Source: Coraliomargarita sp.
GTDB taxonomy: Bacteria > Verrucomicrobiota > Verrucomicrobiia > Opitutales > Coraliomargaritaceae
Direction of reading: 5' to 3'
Length of the DNA: 64,000 bases
Assembly (NCBI GenBank): GCA_965216325.1
Contig: OZ244160.1
Span: 2,208,001-2,272,000 of the forward strand
Shown: one piece after another, positions 1 to 8,253 of the stretch
How positions within the stretch are numbered: the first letter of the stretch is position 1
Layout: every line of letters begins with the position of its first letter
Translations under genes and position numbers: made by a program
Notes under the pieces: model-generated
The model's input: the letters and a program-made list of their open reading frames with translations, nothing else
The model's database searches: none
What the model was told of the DNA's origin: nothing

Positions 1-126
1 ATGCTTTGGGATGTTCAGTCTCAAACATTGGTAGGAGAAAAGGTTTATAATCTGAGCGACACTCCCGCATCTGGCGAGACACTTGATTTTGGTGATTTGC
101 AAGATGCAATGTTTCTCGATTCCTAG
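1..126 (+). CDS. Probable 3' end of a gene entering from the left (hypothetical)
   Basis: Open frame 1 (MLWDVQSQTLVGEKVYNLSDTPASG...) ending at TAG 124-126, convergent with the next gene. Confidence 0.35.
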   Translation: MLWDVQSQTLVGEKVYNLSDTPASGETLDFGDLQDAMFLDS

Positions 127-148
127 CTAAGCTCTTAGCTTATCGCCT

Positions 149-817
149 TTAGATCGATAAAGTATCTGGGGCAGGTGCTGTATGCTCCGACGGTGAAAGA
201 CTTTCTAGCTCCTGAGTTAGCCATACTTTCTCAAGGCCTCCCATGTTGGCCATATGTTCTGCGAATTCTTCCTCGATAGTAAGAGGTCTATCATTGCTGG
301 AATCTGCATGTGCTCGTTTTGATCCATCAATTTCAGCTTCGGTTGTTCCCATTGCTTTGTAAATAAGTCTTCTGTCTCGGACTGATAGGTCTTTGAGGTA
401 GGCTTGCAGTTCTTCTTCAACAGGCTTCTGAGCATGGTTTGTTTGAGTGTCTTGCCTGCTGTTTTCTATGATATTGCACATCACTGAGATTTGTCGGCTT
501 GCACTTATAATATCGTTGAGATTCTGGGGTAGGCTCTCGCTGCTTTCATACAAAGCGCCAAATTGCTCACTTAAATTTTCTCGAATTTCGTTCGTTATAT
601 TTGGATATGTAGACTCAAAGTTGGAGGCCGTCATAAGGCAAACAGTGTTCCCTTGGTTATCTTCTCCATGAATGAGAATTGCTTCATCACTGTCTGGTGC
701 ATGATTTTGATCGATGCTTATTTGGCTAACCAGATCATTCTCGAATGCCATCGAGATGGGTAAAACCTCTCGTGAAGTGTATGCTTTACTGGGCGGATTA
801 GTAGAATATTGTGCCAT
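149..817 (-). CDS. Hypothetical protein
   Basis: 222-aa ATG ORF with a GGA-containing leader; no recognised motif. Confidence 0.65.
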   Translation of the reverse strand: MAQYSTNPPSKAYTSREVLPISMAFENDLVSQISIDQNHAPDSDEAILIHGEDNQGNTVCLMTASNFESTYPNITNEIRENLSEQFGALYESSESLPQNLNDIISASRQISVMCNIIENSRQDTQTNHAQKPVEEELQAYLKDLSVRDRRLIYKAMGTTEAEIDGSKRAHADSSNDRPLTIEEEFAEHMANMGGLEKVWLTQELESLSPSEHTAPAPDTLSI

Positions 818-931
818 TGATTTTTATCCTATTTTTTAGTTTTCTTGTTAACAGGATATCAGTGAGTGGTTAAGATTCTCTTAAATCCACTGGCCGTTTC
901 TGATTTGCTGGAGTTGTAACGGTAGAGTCTT

Positions 932-1507
932 ATGGGAGATAAGGCGCTAAGCCGTTTAGCGGGAGGCTTGGATGCGTCGCAGCGTGTGCTATTGGGGCAA
1001 CTGGATGAGCTTCAGGGCGGCTTAGCTGAGTATCGGCTGAAGTTGAATGAGACTTTGAGTGATGCTCACGTGCCTGCTCAGGAATTACAGCTGACTCTTT
1101 CTGCGATTACTGAAAAGATGCAGCGATTTGAGGAAGGATTCTCAAAGTTTTCGCCAGAGCGCATCGGTCAGGGAGTGGATGCCTTGCAGCGTCATACTGA
1201 TCTATTGTTAGGGCGCTCCGAGCAGCAGTTGCGCTTGATGGAGCTTGGTAATGGGGCGCAAGTGCAGGTTGCTGAGAGCACGTGTGCTTTGGACGAGCAA
1301 ATCGAACGCCTGTCGTTAACGCTATCGCGCTTGAATGAGGGGATAGAGAAATCATTTCATCAGCATGCAGAAGCGCGTAATCAGCAGGATGAGAAAATGC
1401 ATGCGATCCTCGACCGGCTTGATCGCTGGACTGAACGAATAAGTCAGGAGGAAGTTCGTAAGCGCTCATGGTGGTGCTTCGGGAGCCCGAATGGGGATGC
1501 GGCATAA
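932..1507 (+). CDS. Coiled-coil hypothetical protein with KRSWW C-terminal tail
   Basis: 191 aa, heptad-like L/E/Q-rich composition. Confidence 0.65.
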   Translation: MGDKALSRLAGGLDASQRVLLGQLDELQGGLAEYRLKLNETLSDAHVPAQELQLTLSAITEKMQRFEEGFSKFSPERIGQGVDALQRHTDLLLGRSEQQLRLMELGNGAQVQVAESTCALDEQIERLSLTLSRLNEGIEKSFHQHAEARNQQDEKMHAILDRLDRWTERISQEEVRKRSWWCFGSPNGDAA

Positions 1508-2247
1508 TTCACGGGAGGCCTATCATTATGAAATGTGGAAATTCGAGTATGCCGTCGATTGTCATGATGTCTCTGGGAGAGATGGGATGGTTGCTGATGG
1601 TCCTTGTTATGGTCGCTCATCATATCAGCTATCAGAAGGCGGCTGTATTGTTTGGTCGTTCTGGAAGCATGGCCCTGAGGGAAATTAAGGGGAGACCTGT
1701 CAGTGAGTGGCCGCGTGATTGGAGCAAGTGGCGCCTGGCGCAGCGCGAGATACGACTTTGGCTGGCGCACCTTCCAATCGAAGAGATCGCGTTGCTCGAC
1801 TTTAACAATGAGGTGTCCGCCTTCCCGAATTCAAGTGGACGTCCTTCTCGTTTGCTTAGAATCCGGGACGACAATCAGGAGATCATTGCTGACCACTATG
1901 GCGCGCTGCTGGATCGATTTGATCGCACTGAGGATATTGAAGGGGCCACCAATACCCGAGCGGCATTGGAAGCGGCGAGGGGATACGAGAATCTCTCTTT
2001 GATCATCCTCTTTACGGACGGTAAATCAATCCACGCTTGGCTTCCTGTGCCTGTTTCGACGTTCGAGAGCTGGCGAAAGGTAACTGATCGGTTGTTGCAC
2101 CCGAAGGGGGGCTTTTTTGGCGTCTTAGGGGCTGATCATGTTGGGCGAGTCCCGTCACAAGGTTTTCGTCTGCCTGGCCACGTCCGTGCCGACACAGGTA
2201 GGTTGCAGCGTCTGCTATATTTTAATCCCGAAAATGTTCGCGGTTAG
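1468..2247 (+). CDS. Putative primase/replication-initiation protein (RepB/AEP-like C-terminal motifs); true start uncertain
   Basis: Motifs LFTDGKSIHAW and GAD...Q.FRLPG...R...QRLLYFNP resemble the AEP/RepB primase xSGGKSxHxW ... RLPG pattern. Confidence 0.5.
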   Translation: MVVLREPEWGCGIIHGRPIIMKCGNSSMPSIVMMSLGEMGWLLMVLVMVAHHISYQKAAVLFGRSGSMALREIKGRPVSEWPRDWSKWRLAQREIRLWLAHLPIEEIALLDFNNEVSAFPNSSGRPSRLLRIRDDNQEIIADHYGALLDRFDRTEDIEGATNTRAALEAARGYENLSLIILFTDGKSIHAWLPVPVSTFESWRKVTDRLLHPKGGFFGVLGADHVGRVPSQGFRLPGHVRADTGRLQRLLYFNPENVRG

Positions 2248-2469
2248 TCTGATTCTGTAATGTGTAGGGCTATACGTAAGCTGGGTCTTTATTTTTGGGT
2301 GATCGAGGGCATCATTGATGCTCACGACCTAGCTTCTAATTGCTGTAGTTGCAGTTTGCCGCAGCATGATGACTTCTAGCACCTTGTTGCTCTCCCCCTC
2401 ACCCCCTCGCGCGGATTTTGTTGTTTTTAATAGAGCTGAAATTTCGTGACTTCCTACGGTTCAGCATGC

Positions 2470-3018
2470 CTACTTCTTGATCATTCGAACACGAAAAAAC
2501 TTCGCTGCTCCATCCGCATCATAGTCCCCAGGGATCACTCGAACCCATGTCTCAAGATCCGTGCTGGCTTCCATAAATACCTCAAAAGTGGCATTGGGAT
2601 CGTCGTCAGGAACCATGATCGAGCCCTCGGGCGAGTCAGCTCTAGTGACTTTGAAGAGTGCGATGAATTTTGTGGGGTATACAGTGGAATCGTAATGCTT
2701 CTGATTGGTCAGGCAAATAGTAGAGGGGCCTATGAATTTAGAGTGTGCAAGATGGGGGGAGGATTCGGATGGTGCTGGTGCTAAGTGATTGATAAGTGTA
2801 GCACCATTGTAAGTTATCTGGAGACCACATTCTGAGTTAGTGCCGCTATAAGATAATAATTCCGCGAAATCGCCCTCTGCTAGTGTAATTGTTGCAGAGT
2901 TTTCTACGACGCCAGATGCTTGGTCTCCCTTCAGGAGCAATTGTATATGCTCTGCCTTCAGAAAGGATGGGAGTAGGAGTGCCGTTAGTAATACGATTAG
3001 AATTTTTCGCTGTTTCAT
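2470..3018 (-). CDS. Secreted hypothetical protein
   Basis: Signal peptide MKQRKILIVLLTALLLPSFLKA; C-terminal STDLETW...KFFRV motif. Confidence 0.75.
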   Translation of the reverse strand: MKQRKILIVLLTALLLPSFLKAEHIQLLLKGDQASGVVENSATITLAEGDFAELLSYSGTNSECGLQITYNGATLINHLAPAPSESSPHLAHSKFIGPSTICLTNQKHYDSTVYPTKFIALFKVTRADSPEGSIMVPDDDPNATFEVFMEASTDLETWVRVIPGDYDADGAAKFFRVRMIKK

Positions 3019-3824
3019 AACGGAGTAAGGTAAGGAAAGTAATTGTGGGGTAAAGGCTCTTTGTGCTTATGGTGTGAACCTACTGGCTGGTATAACAAAA
3101 GTTTATGTTGGACTCGGGTCCTCCTGACTCTCTCGGGGCGCGAGTTCCCCCATGCCCCCCCCCCCCATGTCTAGAAATGCAAAAAGGTTACCGAGTCCTT
3201 CACGGTTCGCTGGAACAGCTGGCCCTGCGGCCCACCTGCTCACATTGAATCGAGCTTCGTAGGGCTCGATTCAATGTCGCGAACCTCAAGAACTCGCGAC
3301 CGATTCTCAACAGGCTGCCGCCCGTAAGGTCTTGGCTGGCATTGATCCGAAGACGCTGCCGCGTTGCGACACCGACTTCTACGCTTCGGGCGTATTGGGC
3401 CGCCTGAGTGCGGCTTTTCGCCCCGTTGTTTCGTTGGTCGCCCCCATGGGCTCCCGTTGAAACAACCGCGCTCCTGCGCCGCTGAGTCACCTCGCTTCGC
3501 TCGCAGCAATCCGAGCCTAGCGTTCCGCAGCGACAGGGCAGGGGATCATCGGTCCGGGACCCGAAGCCTCGCGCACAATGTTGGATTATGCCGAATGGAG
3601 CTGCGAGCACTCGCTCACGGCTGCGCCTTATTGCGACATAATCAGACATTGTGCGCTACGTTTCCCCGTCCCTCTGCTCCCGCGCCCTGTCACAGCTCCA
3701 CGCCCCCGTTGCGGCGGCCTAGCCCCGCCGCTTCTTGTTCGAGAGCTCGTTCGCGTTAGCAAAGTATCCGTGTTAAAAAAAAAAGACTATTGCGTTTCAG
3801 ATAGTAGTGAATATCTATTTTTAA

Positions 3825-4844
3825 ATGAGCGATTTAATCGTGAGGATCCTGCGTTTCGGTGCTTTAGTTTTAGTCCTACATCAGCTCCCACTGTTGGGAC
3901 GTTCAGCTGATGTTTCAACTCAGCTGATACAAACGTATAAGTATGTTCTCACTCAGGATGCACTGTTAGATGCATTCGTAGATAAGCATTCCGACTTGGC
4001 TTTGCGGAGCCGTGCTGCTCAAGCGCGCTTTCACCAATCATCGCTAGGTCGAGGATATCTGGGTGTTCTTGAGGCTCTTGATGATCTGTGTGGAGGTAGG
4101 TCTGATGAATATATGGCTCCGATGAAGCAGCGTTTAGAGGAGCAGATTCAAAAAACGAACTTTTCACTCTCGTATGCAGAAGCGTTGGTTGAGCAGGTCT
4201 ATCAGCTTGATATTTCAAGCGTGGATCAATTTGCGGTTACCATACCGGCTGAAGAGGTCTTAGCTACCCTTTTGCTATATAGTCCCGATTATAAATCTAA
4301 TACATTAAAAGAGTATCTAGATGGTTGGGCCCATTCATACTCATCAAAGGGGAATCTTAAGGCGAAGGGGGCGAAATTTCAGATTCTATTTCCTGCAAGT
4401 TGGAAGGTCGAGGTGAACACGGATACTCCTAATGTTGTCTGTGTAGCAACTAATGAGTTTGGTGAAGGTTTTGTTAGTTGCAATATTTTGGTATTTGACG
4501 TCGGTAGCGGCGTGTCCGAGGCGAAAATGAGGGAGATGTTTGATGAAAAAGTCCTATGGGATACCGCTCAATCACTGGGTCGAGCTGTCGAGGCGAAATC
4601 AATTACCATGGTGGGCAGACCGGCTGGACTAATTGTCGTCGATGCAAAGCAGCAGATTATTGATGAGACTGTATCTATTAGAATGTCTCGCTTTGCTGTG
4701 GTTCTTGGTGATCAATTCATTGCTTTAGATTTTATGGAATCTTCTGTTTCAGGAGTCGATACCTACTCTGATCAGGAGCACTCTGACAACCACGAGCTAT
4801 TTAAACTTATTGCTGGTAGCTTAGTGAGTTTAAAGGATTTCTAG
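3825..4844 (+). CDS. Secreted hypothetical protein
   Basis: 339-aa ORF with an N-terminal hydrophobic signal-like segment. Confidence 0.75.
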   Translation: MSDLIVRILRFGALVLVLHQLPLLGRSADVSTQLIQTYKYVLTQDALLDAFVDKHSDLALRSRAAQARFHQSSLGRGYLGVLEALDDLCGGRSDEYMAPMKQRLEEQIQKTNFSLSYAEALVEQVYQLDISSVDQFAVTIPAEEVLATLLLYSPDYKSNTLKEYLDGWAHSYSSKGNLKAKGAKFQILFPASWKVEVNTDTPNVVCVATNEFGEGFVSCNILVFDVGSGVSEAKMREMFDEKVLWDTAQSLGRAVEAKSITMVGRPAGLIVVDAKQQIIDETVSIRMSRFAVVLGDQFIALDFMESSVSGVDTYSDQEHSDNHELFKLIAGSLVSLKDF

Positions 4845-4847
4845 GTT

Positions 4848-5339
4848 GTGGATATGGAGGATAAGGAAATCAGGTATTTAGTCAGGCTTAAAGAAAGCAG
4901 TGTGGTGCTTGGAGAGCGTTTTACAAAGGATGAAGTTGATAGTATTCGTGCCGCAACAAATGGCGCCATTGACGTAGAGCCATGCTCTTCTTCGGTTTGT
5001 GCGGTCGCTTCCGATGTGGACGGGTGGGATGTTGATTCTGAGTGTTCTGAAGATGATGTTACTTTGGCGGAGAGTATTGGGCAAATATTTGGAGAGAAAG
5101 AAAAACCTCTCGACGATGGCAAGCTCTCTAGTCGGGGTTGTGTGGATACTCCGCGAAATGCTAAACCTATAAAGATTGTTATAGCTCTAGTTTTCGGTAT
5201 CCCCTTGCTTTTTGTATTTAAGCTGGTCTTCGAGGAAGTATTGTTTCCGGCTCTTGCAGAACTAATCTGGGTTGGCGTTCCAGTCGTCTGTTTTACCTTT
5301 GCGGTTTTTTACGCATTTGACTGGATCAATAAGCGCTAA
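4848..5339 (+). CDS. Hypothetical membrane protein (2 C-terminal TM helices)
   Basis: Starts 3 bp after the previous stop; two hydrophobic stretches at the C-terminus. Confidence 0.6.
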   Translation: MDMEDKEIRYLVRLKESSVVLGERFTKDEVDSIRAATNGAIDVEPCSSSVCAVASDVDGWDVDSECSEDDVTLAESIGQIFGEKEKPLDDGKLSSRGCVDTPRNAKPIKIVIALVFGIPLLFVFKLVFEEVLFPALAELIWVGVPVVCFTFAVFYAFDWINKR

Positions 5340-5402
5340 TTATGCGGCATTTTCTTGTTGTTGTCGTTGGCCCGCGATGTTGCTCGATCTAGTGCTGCCG
5401 TT

Positions 5403-5975
5403 CTATTTTGCATTCCAGTCGATTTTGGGTGCATCAGTATTGTCAATTAAGTTTGCTAATCGATCGCCTGAGATTTCGTTCAGCCTATTGTCTGGCGCAC
5501 CCCACTTGAAACCAGCTTCGATTTCGACTGCTTCCTTAGCTTCTTGGGCGGTTCGATACCGACACGAGCCGCCGTATTCTACGTTGTCCACGAAGTAAAT
5601 GCCGCTGTAGCATCTTAGCTCAAAAGTAGAAGTGCTTGAGTAGCTGGTCAGATACTCGATTTCATGGCTGTCGATGTAATCTCCTTCATTCGCCATTAGC
5701 TCCAGAAGGTCGTCGACAAGGTATTGCATGGATTCGCATTCCAGTGGGTTCTCTTTAGTCAGCTCCGCTCGAACTTGTTCGACACTTCCCATCCTTTTGT
5801 TTGCGAGCTTTTCAAATTTCTCATCGTTGAGAAGTAACTCAATGCACTCTTCTTCGTGTAATGCTCTGGGTGCTTCTTTCGGCATTGTCACAGTGTTTCC
5901 ATTCAGGATGGTTGGGCAATCAATATCTTTGTCATAGACTATGACACAAAAACTGCTCGACTCATCTATCCGCAT
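5403..5975 (-). CDS. Acidic hypothetical protein (start chosen at MRIDE; uncertain)
   Basis: C-terminal ~190 aa of the 300-aa ORF look protein-like; the N-terminal extension overlaps a structured leader and a plus-strand gene. Confidence 0.55.
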   Translation of the reverse strand: MRIDESSSFCVIVYDKDIDCPTILNGNTVTMPKEAPRALHEEECIELLLNDEKFEKLANKRMGSVEQVRAELTKENPLECESMQYLVDDLLELMANEGDYIDSHEIEYLTSYSSTSTFELRCYSGIYFVDNVEYGGSCRYRTAQEAKEAVEIEAGFKWGAPDNRLNEISGDRLANLIDNTDAPKIDWNAK

Positions 5976-6020
5976 CGTTTTGCATGCCGATAGTTCTTTT
6001 TTTAACTCCTTGTCGTAAAA

Positions 6021-6185
6021 CGAATCACTAGATGTGTCCCCCCAACGGGATAACGCCAACCGGGCTTCGAGAGTCGCCACGGTGGTCCAGAGATTCGCTC
6101 GTCTGACAAACCTGAATCCAAGCACTCTCCCGCACGTAGATCGTTCCCCGCGGGGTCGATCTTTTTTTGTGCCCGGGAGGAGTGC
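6021..6185 (+). ncRNA. Candidate structured leader RNA (3-way junction plus attenuator hairpin)
   Basis: CGAATC(6021)/GATTCG(6096) stalk enclosing two hairpins; AGATCG-TTCCCCGCGGGGT-CGATCT plus T7 nested in an outer stem that pairs with GGAGGAG. Confidence 0.45.
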
Positions 6186-6446
6186 GTGAACCAAGTAACA
6201 CGCACACAAATGACCATAAAGAAAAACCAACACGCTTCGGTGCGGATCTGGGCACAAAACCCAGACCATCACCTGTATAATAATAACGGAACCTGGTGGA
6301 TACACTACACCGCGTATCCAACCGCCAGCACAAGCAAGCGGATCCGCCGTTCGCTGGCCACACGCGACATTCTAGTTGCTAGGGAACGACGCGACGCTTT
6401 TCTCGCCCAGCTTTTCTTTGAGCAAGCAAAGGGGGTGGCTGCATGA
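6186..6446 (+). CDS. Small basic putative DNA-binding protein (integrase N-terminal-like, RRSLxTRD...ARERRD)
   Basis: GTG start 5 nt after GGAGG; stop overlaps the next ATG (ATGA). Confidence 0.7.
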   Translation: MNQVTRTQMTIKKNQHASVRIWAQNPDHHLYNNNGTWWIHYTAYPTASTSKRIRRSLATRDILVARERRDAFLAQLFFEQAKGVAA

Positions 6447-7120
6447 GCAAGGATATCTACCACTTCGAGACTGCTGAATCTCCGGAGGCAGGGCATAGCC
6501 TAAAAGAAAAGGTGACAGCAGTTTATAAACTGGCGGGCTTTATTGAGCGACGTTTTCGCAATGCGCCCAATGGCTCAAAGGAGCCCTATTGGGCCTATGT
6601 CGAGCGCGGAGGTAAAGAAACGGGTATTGAAAGCCATGAGTCTTCGGAGGCCCTTGAATCATTACTCTCCGGTGAATTTCCGGAAAAATCTGAAGTGAAC
6701 AGGATCGGATCCACTCAGCGTCTCTTCATCGGATTGCATCGTCCGAATGGAAGCTCCGTAGATCGAGAAGCGGTTCTCAAGATTCTTGCCAGTAAACTGC
6801 AGGCATTTACCGTATCGGATGTTCTTGGTTATTATCAGGGTGCGCCGGAGCCCACTCTAGTCATAGAGGTTGCCCAAAATGGACCTGCGAACTTGGAGTG
6901 TCTGGCCCGTGATATCGCTGACGCCTTTGATCAAGACGCAGTGGGATTAGAAAAAGACGGTGTCTATTCCCGTGTGTTCGGTGAGAGGTCGCGGAAGCAT
7001 GTAAAATTGGTGGCCGAGGATAGAAATAAACTAAATCAGTTTACTCAAGCACTGAACCAAGGCGAAGAGTTCGACGAACTCGATGCTGAGTTACAAGCAT
7101 GGTGGTTGAGCCGTTATTGA
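6443..7120 (+). CDS. Hypothetical protein with a central SAM-lyase/DUF3574-like domain
   Basis: G129-Y-Y131, E136 (PEPTLVI) and Q164-D165-A-V resemble T3 SAMase GCYRE...EEKTVRV...EQDCV; similarity judged by eye. Confidence 0.7.
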   Translation: MSKDIYHFETAESPEAGHSLKEKVTAVYKLAGFIERRFRNAPNGSKEPYWAYVERGGKETGIESHESSEALESLLSGEFPEKSEVNRIGSTQRLFIGLHRPNGSSVDREAVLKILASKLQAFTVSDVLGYYQGAPEPTLVIEVAQNGPANLECLARDIADAFDQDAVGLEKDGVYSRVFGERSRKHVKLVAEDRNKLNQFTQALNQGEEFDELDAELQAWWLSRY

Positions 7121-7129
7121 GGAGGGGAA

Positions 7130-7630
7130 ATGGATAGCAGATACCAAGGTTTAAATAGCTACGAAATCGGGTCTAAAATAACCATAGAGTTCGAGCAGGA
7201 ATATCCGAATCCGCCTGACTCGCTCCCACCTGAAGACGTTGAAAGACTTAATCTCAGGCACTGTGTAACTACTGATAAGTTTTGGCGTATGTTCTCTGGT
7301 AGTAGTTCGGATATTCTGTCGTATGAGAACGGGATCGTTGAGATTGAAATTACGACTTCCAGTAAAGTCATAAGGGCAGAGGGGAAGCCTAAGTGGACCT
7401 TACACAATCAAATCAAGTCTTGGGGACAAGAGCGCCTGCTTTCAAAGGCGAGTGGCTATGTTGCGCACATTATGCTCAGAGAGAAGGCTCTAGGATTCGC
7501 TTTTTCGCAAAGCGAATTAAAGGATCTGGGGCTCCAACAGATCATTGATGAAATTAAAGAACCTGATCCCGATATCAAGGTGCTTCAATGGCAGGGCTTA
7601 TTTGACGAGTTGCCAGGTGGAGCGCGATAA
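7130..7630 (+). CDS. Hypothetical protein
   Basis: Strong SD GAGGAGG before the ATG; operonic spacing. Confidence 0.7.
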   Translation: MDSRYQGLNSYEIGSKITIEFEQEYPNPPDSLPPEDVERLNLRHCVTTDKFWRMFSGSSSDILSYENGIVEIEITTSSKVIRAEGKPKWTLHNQIKSWGQERLLSKASGYVAHIMLREKALGFAFSQSELKDLGLQQIIDEIKEPDPDIKVLQWQGLFDELPGGAR

Positions 7631-7643
7631 CTATTAATGTGGG

Positions 7644-8027
7644 ATGATGAATCCTGTTTGCAGTAATTTACTTTACCTTGGATCGGCAAATGAAAACCTA
7701 TTCGTTATGAGGGAATTTAACTATCATGTTTGGTTTAAGACACGTAGTAAAGATGAAGTGAGCCGACTTCACCTTGAGCAGTCAAACCGGTTAGAGAAAA
7801 GAAAATCTAAAATCCTCGTCTCGTCATGTCTCTGCATTGGGCTGGTCGTTATTTGCACTATTCTTATGGAGCAAAGTAATGGTCAGCTTGCCGGTGTATT
7901 TGGTGTGCTAACAATCGCTGCATATTTTGCAGGTTATTTCTACTGTAAGACACTGTGGGATATTGAGAGGAATCGTGCTGAGTATTTTGAGGCTTTGCGT
8001 GGGTTCGAGGATGGCGAGCAAATCTAA
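7644..8027 (+). CDS. Hypothetical membrane protein (2 TM)
   Basis: Two hydrophobic helices; operonic spacing. Confidence 0.55.
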   Translation: MMNPVCSNLLYLGSANENLFVMREFNYHVWFKTRSKDEVSRLHLEQSNRLEKRKSKILVSSCLCIGLVVICTILMEQSNGQLAGVFGVLTIAAYFAGYFYCKTLWDIERNRAEYFEALRGFEDGEQI

Positions 8028-8037
8028 GTTTCAGGAA

Positions 8038-8253
8038 CTATATGCTGTATTCTGAAAGCCGGTTTTCTACGTATAGATCTAGATCTTTGCGCCGCAATAT
8101 TATGCGACCGCCTAGCTTGGCGAAGCGTATGTTACGCTCTGCGATTTGGTTCCTGAGAAATCGCTCTGAGATTGTTAAGTAGGCTGCAGCTTCAGTTACA
8201 TTCATGTAGACTGGCGGCAGGGCCCGTAATTCAGAGGGGTTATTCGTTTTCAT
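8038..8253 (-). CDS. Excisionase-family helix-turn-helix protein
   Basis: YMNVTEAAAYLTISERFLRNQIAERNIRFAKLGGRIILRRKDLD is the typical Xis/HTH_17 pattern; overlaps the integrase stop. Confidence 0.85.
   Translation of the reverse strand: MKTNNPSELRALPPVYMNVTEAAAYLTISERFLRNQIAERNIRFAKLGGRIILRRKDLDLYVENRLSEYSI

Noticed and set aside
3116..3144. Lambda cosQ-like GGGTCCT
   Set aside because: 7-bp match only, no cosN at the expected spacing, no terminase in view
3200..3910. Overlapping ORFs of 89-149 aa
   Set aside because: Arg/Pro/Ser-rich translations of GC-rich hairpin DNA with no motifs or convincing RBS
5976..6305. N-terminal extension of the 300-aa minus-strand ORF
   Set aside because: Overlaps the structured leader and a better-supported plus-strand gene
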